From: Chiloscyllium plagiosum
Lineage: Eukaryota
Direction: 5' to 3'
Length of the DNA: 59,773 nt
Assembly (NCBI RefSeq): GCF_004010195.1
Contig: NC_057718.1
Location: 73,927,828 to 73,987,600, forward strand
Part shown: in pieces, positions 1-13,329 of the stretch
How positions within the stretch are numbered: the stretch's first letter is position 1
Layout: the number at the start of each line of letters is the position of its first letter
Notes under the pieces: model-generated
The model's database searches: none
What the model saw: the letters and a program-made list of their open reading frames with translations, nothing else
What the model was told of the DNA's origin: nothing
Program-made: the position numbers and the translations under genes

Positions 1-368
1 GGGGTGGGGGCGGAGAGGTCAGGAAGAAGATTGCAGGTTAGGAAGGCGGTGCTGAGTTCGAGGGATTTGACTGAGAGTCTTCCTAACCTGCAATCTTCTT
101 CCTGACCTTTCCGCCCCCACCCCCACTCTGGCCTATCACCCTCACCTTAACCTCCTTCCACCTATCGCATTTCCAACCCCCCTCCCCCAAGTCCCTCCTC
201 CCTACCTTTTATCTTAGCCTGCTGGGCACACTTTCCTCATTCCTGAAGAAGGGCTCATGCCCGAAATGTCGATTCTCCTGCTCCTTGGATGCTGCCTGAC
301 CTGCTGCGCTTTTCCAGCAACACATTATCAGCTCTGATCTCCAGCATCTGCAGTCCTCACTTTCTCCT
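1..368 (+). mobile_element. Penelope-like element terminus (pseudo-LTR) with inverted segment
   Basis: 1-45 is the reverse complement of ~79-124; hammerhead-like core CTGAAGA-A-GGGC-TCAT-GCCC-GAAA at 243-266; same 3' end as the GIY-YIG-bearing copy at 51035-51902. Confidence 0.8.
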
Positions 369-709
369 CGAAGATCTTAACCTACTGCGAAACCTCTGTG
401 AAAGCATTGCATCCCTTTCCAGTCCATCATTGCAAAGGCACATTCCAAAATTGGTGGGTGACAGTCTCGGTGAGAGCAGTGTTGTTGACACAGAGTTTGG
501 GTGCACATGAAGGATCTAATGGAAAGACCCCTTTTCATCAACAGCCGTACCTTGATAATTATTAGTTCTGGCACTGTGGTATTCTGCCAACAGTTTGTTC
601 AAAGAATATTTGACAGGCTCTACCAGCTCTTTTTGCTGGAGGGCCTCAAAGATATTACTGATGGACTTATTGATGGTGGTCAAAGATAGTATTCTGGATA
701 AAAGTTTCC

Positions 710-1308
710 ATGATATGGCACTGTCCAGTCTCTCTTTTTTTCCCAGAGAGTTCGTAAAAGATAGACTTCAAAAAGTCTAGGCTTGAATGGGTTTTAGGGC
801 CAATTTGATTGTAGCTAACAGATATTGCCTCAGGAAAAATGCTATTAAGTTTTTCGAAGGAACACTTGTGCAGTGAAAGGGGAGTGGCCAGCTCTCCCAG
901 CTCAGCTTTACTCTGGTTTGATTTGGTTTTTGGCAGTCTGGCTATTCACTGAAAGGCAGCCAGCCAAAGGAGCAGGTCCATGCTGACTCACTCTCGGATA
1001 TCTCTTTTGTAAGACTGAGTTTGATTTTACCTTTTGTGCCAAGGGGTGTTTGTAGGGACTGTTGCAAGTATTTGGAACAGCATTAAGTTGGGATGATCTG
1101 TTGGGTTTTCGGATAGGTTACGTTATTTGGTATCCTGTTCTCTTTTCATTCAGTAATGTTATAAATAAGTTCTGTTTTGTTTAAAACTGGTTGACCAGCT
1201 ACTTCCCTCCTGTAATATCCGCATTACACCTGCTTAAACAACAAGCAAAGTTAGAGTCTGGGCTACTTTCTTGAAATGTTTTGAGGGGGTCTAGCCTGGT
1301 CCATAAAA
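710..1308. repeat. Possible solo LTR
   Basis: Imperfect terminal TGATATGG...CCATAAAA, internal AATAA and LTR-like composition; no TSD found. Confidence 0.3.
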
Positions 1309-2903
1309 GGCTAATATGATGAATTCTTCTAATTTGGTTTCTGTGAATCTAAATCTCTCTTCCCTCTCCCCAGTATATCAATACATATACAGAAGGTTTT
1401 GTTACTATAACACCTGATAGGGTGAAAATGGAATCCCTGTTGATCAAACGTAGCCTCAAGAAAATCTTAAGAAATCTCAGGGAGGAGGAAAAAATAGTGA
1501 CCTGAGCTGAAGTATTCTGTGACAATGTGTTCAGACTCATCCTTTACAGCATTGGGCACAGGTAGAACTTCAATTTGAAGTGACATTTGGTGTTATCAGA
1601 ACTTGCCGTGCTTGCACGCAAAGGAGGCTGTCAGAATAAATACAAAGCTGGGAGCATATTCAACCCCTCTCTCTCTCGTTTTGCTCATGGTGTCCCTGCA
1701 GACATAATAACATCTTTGACAATCCAGATAAAAAGGCTGTAGGCCCAATCTGTGCCATGTACAGCAATACTGATAGCATCTCAGACCTGATGACAAGATT
1801 GTTACCAGTAATGGAAAGGGTGTCACTCCTGTGTTTCCAGTTTCTGTCTCATCTTGGCTATGTGTTCATTCTAAATTTCAGTTAATGCTCTGGACTTCAA
1901 CCATTTCCTCAATACCCTTAGGTAATTTGCCTTGACAATGAAAGGAAGAAAGAATTGACCAGCCTCAGCTCAAGGGTAGTTATGGATGAGCAATAAATGC
2001 TGAGGCCCAGTCAGCAAAGCACACATCCCATGAATTAAGAAATAATTAGTTCTCCCATATTCTTCCTCAACTATTTTATTTACCTTTTGTGCTATCTTCA
2101 ATGATCTGTGGGCATGTAATCCAAAATCCCTCTATTCCTGTATAAGGTTTAGGTCAGTAGGTCCTATAGTTTAAGTTCTGTTTTAATGTTGCCGTTTTAA
2201 TGGGACCAATATGTACGCTTGAGCATCGGTATTTCTGATTCTTGAATTGATTTGCAGCAGTTAACCCGATGCAGGTGAGCCCCTTGCCACCATTTTGAAG
2301 TAACTTATCCAGATCACTGACCCTCTCCTGAGCTCTCAGTCATAGCAACAAAGTGGGGAACAGGAAGGTCAGTGAACTGGACAATTTATTTTGATTTACT
2401 ACTTCTGTATAGACAGAAAGTAGATAATGTAGAGTATTTAAATTTGTAGTGCAGTGCTAGAATGACATTAAATCATTATAAAGTTTCAACAAAACATGAC
2501 TACTGCTTTTACATTGGCCCTAATTGGATGATCTGATTCACTTAATATTTGATATAGGTATTGAGAAATGATACTATGTTAAGTGTGTCTTACCATTTAT
2601 CGTCTACCTTCTGGCCTTGTTTGTCCTTCTCAGATGGATTGTTTTTAGAATTTTTGTGCACTGAATGATTTCACTGTCGTATGTGAACGAAGGGAGCACA
2701 TTTAAGTTTAAGCAGAAAAATTGTTTTTTGTATGGTGGGTACGTGTTTGGTTTTCCATGCGCCAAAACATAGTTTTTAGTGGAGTTTGCAGTGAATGTAT
2801 TTTTCTTTCATTATTCCCACTTGCATCTTCCTTCAAATAAAAAAGCTACAAAGGTTGTTTCTGGGTAATATGCTGCTTCATAACATGTGTTATCTGTTGT
2901 TAG

Positions 2904-2982
2904 GGCCACACTGCTGTTGGAAAACTACCAGCCGTGGCTGGGTTTGACAATTAGTTCAAAGGTGGATGCTTCTCTGTCTGAA
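2904..2982 (+). CDS. SNX14: SNX14 internal coding exon A (just before/into PXA domain)
   Basis: ttag|G...GAA|gtaagt; reads (R)[26 protein letters not shown], matching recalled vertebrate SNX14 [24 protein letters not shown]; 79 nt. Confidence 0.95.
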
Positions 2983-3051
2983 GTAAGTTCTCCTTCATTC
3001 TTCACACACACATTGCATGTTTTATGTTTATTCGAATTTATTTGGACTAAT

Positions 3052-4443
3052 TAGAGTCATAGAGATGTTACAACATGGAAACATACCCTTTGGTCCAACT
3101 CATCCATGCCGACCAGTTGTTCCAGCCTAATCTCATTCCATTTGCCTGCACTTGGCCTGTATCCCTCTAAATCCTTCCTATTCATGAACTCATCCAGATG
3201 CCTTTTAAATGTTGCATTTGTACCAGCCTCCACCACTTCCTGTGGCAGCTCATTCCATACACTCACCACCCTCTGCATGAAAACGTTGCTTAGTTCTTGT
3301 GTACATCTTTCCCCTCTCACCCTAAACCCATGCCCCCTCTTTCTGGACTCCCCCACCCCAGGACAAAGACTCTCTCTTTCCCTAATCCATGCCCCTTATG
3401 TTTTTATAAATCTCTAAAAGGTCACCCCTCAGCCTCTGACGCACCAGGAAAACAGCCCCAGCCTATTCCTATAGCTCAAATCCTCCGACCCTGGCAACAT
3501 CCTTGTAAATTTTTTCTCAACCCTTTCATGTTTCACAACATCCTTCTGATAGGAAGGAGATCAGAATTGAATGCAATATTCCAAAAGTGGCCTAACCAGC
3601 GTTCTCTACAGCTGCAACATGACCTTCCAACGCCTATATTCAGTACTCTGGCCAATAAAGGGAAGCATACCAAACGTCGTCTTCACTAACCTCTCTACCT
3701 GCAACTCTACTTCTAAGGAGCTATGAACCTGCACTCCAAAGTCTCTTTGTTTAGCAACACTTATCATTAAGTGTTAAGATTTGCTTTCCCAAAATGCAGC
3801 ACCCCACATTTATCTGAATTAAACTCCATCTGCCACTTCTCAGCCCATTGGTTCATCTGATCAAGATCCTTTATAATCTGAGATAACCTTTTTCGCTATC
3901 CACTACACCTCCAATTTTGGTGTAATCTGCAAGCTTACTAACTATACCTCTTATGCTCACATCCAAATCATTTTATATTAATGATGAAAAGTAGTGGACC
4001 CAGCACCAATCCTTGTCACACTCCACTGGTCACAGGCCTCCAGTCTGAAAAACAACCCTCCACCAGCACCTTCTGTCTTCTACCGTTGAGCCAGTTCTGT
4101 ATCCAAATGTCTAGTTCTTCCCTGTATTCCATGAAATCTAACCTTGCTAACCAGTCTATCATGAGGAACCTTGTTGAACGTCTGACTAAAATCCAGATAG
4201 GACGCATCCACTGCTCTGCCCTCATCAATCCTCTTTGTTACTTCTTCAAAAAACTCAATCAAGTTTGTGAGACATGATTTCCCACGCACAAAGCCATGTT
4301 GACTATCCCTAATCAGTCCTTGCCTTTCCAAATACATGTACATCCTGTCCCTCAGGATTCCCTCCAACAGCTTGCCCATCACCAGCATCAGGCTCACTGG
4401 TCTGTAGTTCCCTGGCTTGTCCTTACCACCTTTCTTAAACAGT
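3052..4443 (-). mobile_element. CR1 LINE, 5'-truncated ORF2 RT region to 3' tail
   Basis: PGNYRPVSL, QHGFVRGKSCLTNLIEFFE, SGV(PQGLVLGPLLF), WNELPQEVVEAG; CTCTATGACTCT tail. Confidence 0.93.
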
Positions 4444-5313
4444 TCATCACTTTTCCTATATATCCCTTTGTCTCTTTCCTCCTTCAGAACGCCCTGCAGC
4501 TGTTCAGTGATATTGCTGACTTTGGTACTGGGAAAACAGTATATCATTCTGGAGTCTCTTTTGCAATCACCAAAATCTGGTCCCTTACAATTGAATTCCA
4601 TACCACTCTTGCCCTCCGTATAGGTTTTTCTTTCCCTGTTTTGCAGCAGATGCCACATAGTTGGCTGTTATTGCTTTCCCCTGTACAGTTATCTCCCCGA
4701 GCAGTATCAAAAATTTGTTTGAAAGCGGGATGGCCACAGGGGCTCCTGCTCTAACTGCCTTCCACTAATCTGCCTGATGCTCACCTATGCCCTTTCTACC
4801 TGTTCAGTCTGCACCTAAGGCCTGACCACCTCACTGAATGTGTTATCCATGACTTGTTAAGCATCATGAATGTTCTGCAGTGAATTCGCCTGTAGCTGCA
4901 GCTCCGAAATGTGGTTCAACTGGACATCCTGCACATGTATTCACCAGGGACATCTGACGTTCCTGTGATTTTCCATGCACCACAGGGGGAGCATATGATG
5001 GTGTGAGCTCTGCTGCTGTAACTTCTTTTAAGCCCCTGAATAACATTCTTTTCCTAAAAAATAGCTCATGTAAGAATACTGTTAACTTGCCTTACTCTAT
5101 CTGTACTTCCCTTGCACTATTTCACTTATGTTGCTTTACTGTATTGATCCTGATTTTGACTTATTCCTGTTGACTCTCACTTCATCCCTTCTTCCTTAAT
5201 ATTTCCATGAAAAAGGGTTTCTGTGTGAAATATGTGCACGTACGTCAAGCAATTCTAAATATGCTTGAGCAAAATCATGTTTTGTATTAAATGTAAAATT
5301 TTGCCTTCTGTAG

Positions 5314-5357
5314 ATACTGGAGCTGGTGATTGAAAACTTTGTGCACCCTTGGTACAG
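5314..5357 (+). CDS. SNX14: SNX14 coding exon B (PXA domain)
   Basis: tag|ATA...AG|gtagga; ILELVIENFVHPWY(R); 44 nt, phase-compatible with both neighbours. Confidence 0.95.
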
Positions 5358-5554
5358 GTAGGATATAATTCATTTGATTGGAATTTTATGAAATAAAATA
5401 TTTTAAAGGCATTAATTTTGATAAAAATGTTTTCTGCTCCTGAAGCATATTATGTAAATTTAAATGTGCTACTTATTGATTCAAAGCTTTTTTTTATTCA
5501 TCCGTGGTGTCACTGACTGGCCAACATTAAATGCCCACCCCCATTAATTGCCTA

Positions 5555-6630
5555 TGAGAACATCGGACATAGAACAATACTGCGCAGTACAGGCCCTCCA
5601 GCCCTCAATGTCATACCAATCTGAAGCCCATCTAACCTACACTATTCCATGTATGTCCATATGCTCGTTCAATGACAACTTAAATGTACTTAAATCTATT
5701 ACCGTTGCAGGCAAAGCATTCCATACCCTTACTACTGTCTGAGTAAAGAAACTACCTCTGACATCTGTCCTTATCTATCCCCCTCAATGTAAAGCTATGC
5801 CCCCTTGTGCTCGCCGTCACCATACTTGGAAAAAGGCTCTCCCTGTCCACCCTATGTAACCCTCTGATTATCTTCTATGTCTCTATTAAGTCACCTCTCA
5901 ACCTTCTTATCTCCAACGAAAACAGCCTCTTCATAAGACCTTCCCTCCATACCAGGCAATATCCTAGTAAATCTCCTCTGCACCCTTTCCAAAGCTTACA
6001 CATCCTTCTTATAATGCGGTGACCAGAACTGTACACAATACTCCAAGTGCGGCCGCACCAGAGTTTTGTACAGCTGCAGCATAACCTCATGGTTCTGGAA
6101 CTTGATCCCTCTAATAATAAAAGCTAAAACACTTTATGCCTTCTTTACAACCCTGTCAACATGGGTGGCAACTTTCAAGGATCTGTGTACATGGACACCG
6201 AGATCTCTCTGCTCACCTACACTACCAAGAATCTTACCATTAGCCCAGTACTTTGCATTCCGGTTACTCTGACCAAAGTGAATCACCTCACACTTGTCTG
6301 CATTAAACTCCATTTGCCACCTCTCATCCCAGCTCTGCGGCTTATCTATGTCTCTGTAACATACAACATCCTTTGTCACTATCCACAAATCCACCGACCA
6401 TAGTGTCGTCTGCAAATTTACTAACCCACCTTTCTACGCCTTCATCCAGGTCGTTTATAAAAATGACAAACAGCAGTGGACCCCCATCAACCCTTGCAGT
6501 ACACCACTAGTAACTGGACTCCAGGATGAACACTTTCCATCAACCACCACTCTGTCTTCTTTCAGGAAGCCAATTACTGATCCAAACTGCTACATCTCCC
6601 ACAATCCCATTCCTCCGCATTTTGTACAAT
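5555..6630 (-). mobile_element. CR1 LINE 3' fragment
   Basis: WQMEFNADKCEVIHFG, QRDLGVHVH, RRLRGDLIE. Confidence 0.9.
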
Positions 6631-7292
6631 GGTGGTGGTTAGGTGCCTTCTTGAACTGCTGTAGACGATGTGCTATAGGTAGACCCACAATGGCAGTAGG
6701 GAGGAAATTCCAGGATTTTGACCCAATGACAGTCAAAGAACAATGAGGTATTTCCATGTTAGCCTGGTGAGTAACTGCGAGGGGAAATTGCAGGTGGTGG
6801 TGTTTCTGCTGTCCTTGTCCTTGGAGGTGGAAGTGGTTGTAGGTTTGGAACTTACTGTCTGATAATCCTTGGTGAATTTTTGCACTGCGTATTGTAGATA
6901 GTATATGTTGCTGCTATTGACCATTGATGTTGGAGGGACGAGTGGATATGGTGCCAATCAAGTAAGTTGATCTTTCCTGGATGTTGTCAAGCTTCTTGAG
7001 TGTTGTTGCAGCTGCACTTATTCCGCCAACTGAGGAGTATTCCATCACATTCCTGACTTGTGCCTTGTAGGTGGTGGACAGTCTTTTGGAGAGTCAGGAA
7101 TTACTTATTGCAGTATTCCTAGCCTCTGAACTGCTCTTGTAGCCACTGTATTTACATAGTGAGTCCAGTTGAGTTTCTTGTCAGTGGTAACTCCCAGGAT
7201 ATTAATAGTGGGAGATTCAGACCACCGTTGAATGCTATGGGCAATGGTTATGACTGGAGTTGGTCATAGCCAAGCATTTGTGTTGTCCAAAT

Positions 7293-8655
7293 GTCAGTCT
7301 TATGTCTGTGGTCAGCAAAGTTTTGGAAAGAATTCTGAGGGATAGGATTTATGACTATTTGGCAAAGCATAGTGTGATTAAAGGCAGTCAGCATGGCTTT
7401 GTGAGGAGCAGTTCATGCCTCACAAATCTTATTGAGTTCTTTGAGGAGGTATCAAGACAGGTCGACGACGGTCGAGCAGTGGATGTGGTGTATGTGGACT
7501 TCAGGAAGGCATTTGTTAAGGTTCCCCATGGTAGGCTTGCTCATAAAGTCAGGAAGTATGGCGTTAAAGGGAGATTTGGCTATCTGGATTCAGAATTGGC
7601 TGGCTGACAGAAGGCAGAGAGTGGTTGTGGATGGAAAGTATTTTGCCTGGAGGTCAGTGTTGAGTGGGGTCCCGCAGGGCTCTGTTCTTGGGCCTCTGCT
7701 CTTTGTAGCTTTTATAAATGGAGGAGGAGGTTGAGGGGTGGGTTAATAAATTTGTGGGTTGTGGGTGTCATCGATAGTATAGACGGCTACTGCAGGCTGC
7801 AATGCGACATAAACAGGATGCAGAGCTGGGCTGAGAAATGGCTGATGGAGTTCAACCTGGATAAATGCGAAGTGATGCATTTTGGAAGGTCGAACTCGAA
7901 TGCTGAATATTGGATTAAAGACAGGATTCTTGGCAGTGTGGAGGAACAGAGGGAACTGGGTGTGCAAGTACATAGATCCCTCAAAGTTGCCACCCAAGTG
8001 GATAGGGTTGTTAAGTAAGCATATGTGGTGTTTTGGCTTTCATTAATAGGGGGATTGAGTTTAAGAGCTGTGAAGCTTTGCTACAGCTCTACAAGTCCCT
8101 GGTGAGACCACACTTGGAATAGTGTGTCCAGTTCTGGACGCCCTACTTTCTGAAAGATACAGAGGCTTTGGAGAGGGTGCAAAGAAGGTTTACCAGGATA
8201 CTGCCTGAACTGGAGGGCTTGCCTTATGAAGAAAGATTGAATAAACTCGGACTTTTCTCTCTGGAGAGAAGGAGGAAGAGAGGAGACCTGATCGAGGTGT
8301 ACAAAATAATGAGTGGAATAGATAGTTAATAGCCAGAGACTTTTTCCCCAGGGCAGGATTGACTGGTATGAGGAGTCAGTTTGAAGATATTAAGAGGAAC
8401 GTATAAAGGAGACACCAGAGGTTGGTTCTTTATGCAGAGAGTTGTGAATGCATGGAATGCGTTGCCAGATGTGGCAGTGGAAGCAGAGTCATTGGGGACA
8501 TTTAAGTGACTGCTGGGCATACACACGGATAGCAGTGAGTTGAGGGGTGGATAGGTTAAGTTATTATATTTTACATTAGGATTAAATCTTGGCACAACAT
8601 CGTGGGCCAAAGGGCCTGGTCTGTGCTGTACTTTTCGATGTTATATTTTCTATGT
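7293..8655 (+). mobile_element. CR1 LINE 3' fragment
   Basis: QHGFVRSSSCLTNLIEFFE, SGVPQGSVLGPLLF, MEFNLDKCEVMHFG, TTCTATGTT tail. Confidence 0.92.
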
Positions 8656-9437
8656 TCCTTGCAGATTTTCAGCCTAAGCCTGGGTATTGTCCAGATTTTG
8701 TTTTATTTGAACATGGATTGCTTCAGTATCCGAGGAGCTGCGAATGGTGCTTGTATTGTCCTCAAGATAGATTCATTATTGCCCTGACGTACTTTATAAT
8801 TTTACTATTTAACACATCATGAATTATGTTTCATAATTTATATCGTGATTTTACTTTATGGATTCTTCTAGTCAGTTTATCGGCAATGCAGATTTTAAAA
8901 AAATGTTTGTGAGCATGGATATTTGAAAGATTGCATAGGTGATAATTCAGCGATGGGAACAGTGGTTCAGGACTTTGAAAGTAGTGGCTGAATCAATGAA
9001 TGTGCAAACCATTGGCTGTGAGAATTCTACTGTAACTGTTGGTTGCACCAGAGATCTGCAGGAGTTTAGGGTAAAATGCCTAACAATGATCCAGACACAT
9101 CTTTGCTGAGTCTGCAAAGCAAAGGGGAATGCACTGTAGGAAACAGTTACTTTTTGTTTCTTAGTAATTGACCTAACCATGGATGGAAAGCTTGCTCATG
9201 AAGGAACCAAGAGTGCAGCTATCAGTTTGTCTATGCACAGTGAATCATGACAGCCATTTGGCGGTTTGCTGCTGTGCACGGTGTAGTTGATTTACTGGGA
9301 CAGAATGTAAATCCAATTTTTACTTCAAAATTACAATGACATCCATTGATTTGAATGTCTGTGGATCCCAGTGTTTAGCTTAAAATTTCCAATTTTATTC
9401 AAACTTTGTTTTAAGAGCCCTCTTTATGGTTTTGCAG

Positions 9438-9525
9438 GGACTTGACTGATGATGAAGCCTTTATTGATGAACTAAGAGTAACTTTGCACTTCTTTGCTGC
9501 TGTTCTAGTCCGCCGAGCACAGAAG
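9438..9525 (+). CDS. SNX14: SNX14 coding exon C (PXA domain)
   Basis: tttgcag|G...AAG|gtgaga; [29 protein letters not shown]; 88 nt. Confidence 0.95.
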
Positions 9526-9981
9526 GTGAGAAAGAATCAAAATCTCTAGTACCAAGCTGCAAATGGACATCTATGTATATGAGGCTTGAAACTATTTCTC
9601 TATTGACTGCCACAGTTGGATCTCTCCAAAGTACACACTGCAGTAAAATTAAATAAAAACCGTATTAGTAGATGTGATGTTCCAAAGGGACATTCTAAAA
9701 GGATGCATAAGATTTGATTTTGTTTTTGCACTGCTTTGTGAAACAAAGTGCTGAAGTGTGATATGGAACTTGGATCACATTGCAAAGAGTATGTTTTGTT
9801 TTAAAACTATGACTGTATTGAACTCTGCATATAATCGCTAAATTACATTAAGCTCTAAGGTACTGACTAACATGCTAAAACTGCACTGAATGTAATATTG
9901 TTCATGTTTTTGTCGGTCTGCATAGCTGTGATGGAACTTTTGTGTCGGCCAAATATAGAAGTATTGTCTCAATTTTGATTT

Positions 9982-10336
9982 CATAGAATCATAGAACCCC
10001 CTCCAGTGTGAAACAGGCTATTCAGCCCATGGCGTCCACACCGAGCCTCTGAAGAGCAATCCATCCAGACTCATCCCCCAGCCCTAACCCTGTAACCCTG
10101 CATTTCACATGGCTAATTCACCTAATCTGCACATTCCTGTACACTATGGGCAATTTAGCATGGCCAATCCGCCTAACCTACACATCTTTGAACTGTGGGA
10201 GGGAACTGGAGCACCTGAAGGAAACCCATGCGACATGGAGACAATGTGCAAACTCCACGCAGTCACCCAAGGCTAGAATTGAACCCAGTCTGTGGCGCTG
10301 TGAGACAGCAGTACTAACCACTGAGCCACCATGCCG
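9982..10336 (-). mobile_element. HE1-type SINE
   Basis: Same tRNA head (CATGGTGGCTCAGTGGTTAGTACTG, GGGTTCAATTC) and CR1-like TTCTATGA tail. Confidence 0.85.
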
Positions 10337-12993
10337 ATTGAATGAACTACTGTGTGCTGTGATGCCTTCAGTTGGGTCACAATGAGCCTCAGCACATCAA
10401 GGAAAGTGAAGTCCGAGAAAATCAGTTCTTTATGCTTAATCCCTCTCCAGTCCACATCTCTTTCTCTGCTGTATTCGGACAAGAGGCCATAAGCAAGCAA
10501 AGTGAAAAATCAGTAGAAATCTTGTTTGTAAAGGTTTATTTCAAGAAATTATATTGCAGGAGTCTGAAAAGCTTTCTGGGAAACAAGGAAAAGGACCTAA
10601 GGGAATAATAACCCCTGGTCTGAAAGCTAATGGCAAAACTTTGTAGATGAATTGAAGTTAAATCTTTGATATGACCTTCAGATGATTAGTTGCACCCATT
10701 TTACCAGCTTGACCTTTACTGTCAGTTTGAACTTGTTCTGTATGAAGCTATAAGGCTGGTCTTTCATACCAAGTAAGCAGACGCCCAGTGCCCTAATTTT
10801 CATTATGTTAATTCATTTCACTCTGAGGATTACTGGAAGCTATAGGCAGGATAGAGCATTGAAAATAGTTTTGTGTCACTAAATTGCTGAGGACTGTATG
10901 GGTGGCAGTCGACTGTTTGTGACTGTCTTACAGCTAATGACTTGGACCTTTCGATCTGCCATTGAAAAAGTGACTACCTCCTCTTGTCTGCTGAACCAGG
11001 TCAATGTGCACAGAAATGACAAAACATCTGTAGTACACTGTATAGAATTATTGTGTAGACCAAAGTCATTGCCTTCAGTCGCTGTCACAAACTTTCTTCC
11101 TTAATCATCAGTCCTTTCCCTATTAGTTATCTGAGCCTGAACCAAGTTTCAGATTGTCTATCATGTTTGACCCTGAGATGAAGTTCTGACATAAGTTGCA
11201 CCATTCCACATCTGCAACATTGCCCAACATCTCCATTACCCTGGCACATCTGCATTTACTACCTTTAGACTATTTTAATCCTCTCCTGCCCAGCATCCCA
11301 CATTCTACCTTCTGCACACTTGGTCATCCAGATCTCTGCCCTTGTCCTAACTTGTGCCAAGCCTCATTCACCTGTGATCACTTACCTAAGCCACTTTGTT
11401 AAATTTTTATTTTTAGTTAAAGTTCCTCTATGGCCTCATCCCTCCCTAAAACTGTGATCATCTTTAGTAAGATTTAAAGTACCTGCGCTTCTCCAAATCT
11501 GGTATCTTAGAGTCAAAGCGATCTATAGCACAAAAACTGGTCCTTCGGCCTATTGGGCTTGAGCTCATCAAAACAATCAAGTAACAATCATAGTTCTATG
11601 CTAAGCACTTAGTCCACGCTTTGTATGCCTTGACCTCACAAGTGTACATCTGAATACTTAAATGTAATGGTTTCTGCCTTTTACTGCCCTTCTAGGCAGC
11701 ATGTTCCAGAAATTTCTAATTTAAGTTGTTATATGATTGATTACCATTATTTTAGTTGCCAAGCCTTCAGCTCTACAAACTCTTTGCAAAAACTTCCTTG
11801 TGCCTCTTCTTTTCTGTTCTCATTTTAAGATATTCCACTTTTTCTTTGACCCAAGTGTTTGGCTATCTGCTGTATTGCTCCTTCATGTGCTCAGTGTCAA
11901 AACTCTTTAGTTGTGTTCTTGAGAACCATTTTGGAGATGTTTTACTCCGTTAAAGACACAATTTAAATGCAGTTTATCTTCTCTGTTTTCATAATTTCCA
12001 ATGGATTTGGAATTAGAATAGTTGTTGTTTTTTAACAGACATTGATGTGATAGGTTGAAGGTCTTATCTCTGTGCTGTTGATCTGTGACCTGCAGACCCC
12101 TCCCCATAATAGTACCCTCTTGTGCCTGTAGATCACTTTTTCTGCATAAATGTGCTTTCACTGTACCCGCAGACATTTAGTTCCACATTAGTACCCTCTT
12201 GTCTTTGTGAGTGCCCAGATCCATGTCAAAGCTCCTCACCTGTATCTACAGACTCCTTCACTTCTCACTCTAATTGTACTTTCTGATGCTAGATTTGTGG
12301 AATTTCTTTTACATTAATGCTCTGTCTCACTTCTGCATTATACTTTTCCTGACTATTCCTGCAGGCACCTGTCCCATGCCAAATGTTTTGCTATACATGA
12401 AGCCCATTGCCTCCATTAAGGCTCATCAACGTTTGTCAGTGCTGGCTTTACCTGCATGATGCTTCCACTGTGCCAATAGATTCCAATCTTTCTGTTATTT
12501 TCCTCCTCTCTGTTAATAGTCTCATTAAACCACTGGCTGTGTAGCAATTCAGAAGCAAAATTCCACAGTTACTGCAAATCATAAATTATTAAAAAAAGTG
12601 CTGGAAACACGCAATAGATCAGACTGCATCTGCAAATCGAAAATTCTTAACATTTCACCTTAATGTCCTTTTTTAGCATTTTGTTTGTTTTCAATATATC
12701 TCTATATTAATGTTTTTTCCTGTCTCTGTGGAACATTTCAAAAATGAGCTAAGAAAAAGCCAGGGTGCTATAGACCACTGTTGCTTCATATGAAATTCAC
12801 TTTAAATCTGTGCTCCTCATTGTTTATTCTTTTGATTGTGAACAACATCTCTCTGTCAGCCCACTTGTGATTTTGAAAGTTCCTTTCAAATCTCCCCTCA
12901 GCCACCTTCTCTATAAGGAGAGCAGTCCCACTTACTCAATTTATTCTCATAACTGAAATTTCTCATTCTTGGAGCCATTCTTGTAAATTGTTT

Positions 12994-13295
12994 TGTGCGA
13001 GATAAGCGGCTGTCCGGCCCCATCTCCGGCACTTTTATTTCCCTTCCCAGGAACAAAGACACGGAGGAGTCTGTCCAAGACTTTTCATTCAACTTTGCAT
13101 TTCCTTATATGGATGATGTTGTACAACTGTGGTTAAGGGCGGTCTCTCAACTATCGAGGAAAGCTGTTACAATTGTTTCATTCATAAAAACATGGGGGAG
13201 GTCCAGCAAGAGTTTCGAGTGTCTGCTTGTGTTTACTATAAGGTAGAAAAGACTAAAATGCAGCTAACCGTTTAAAAATTACACTACCCCCTACA
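12994..13295 (-). repeat. ERV 3' LTR (302 bp, internal 193-bp deletion)
   Basis: Matches the 5' LTR apart from loss of the 20465-20657 equivalent, about 4 substitutions and a 1-bp indel; preceded on minus strand by polypurine tract AAGAAAAGACACGGGGGATT (13296-13315). Confidence 0.95.
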
Positions 13296-13329
13296 AATCC
13301 CCCGTGTCTTTTCTTACGGCCTGTAATTT

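Larger units (their letters stand above)
5490..8760 (-). mobile_element. Older LINE 3' region split by the two CR1 insertions above
   Basis: Pieces 5490-5552, 6631-7292 and ~8660-8760 appear colinear; a related 3' end lies at ~1960-2037 on the + strand. Confidence 0.55.
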
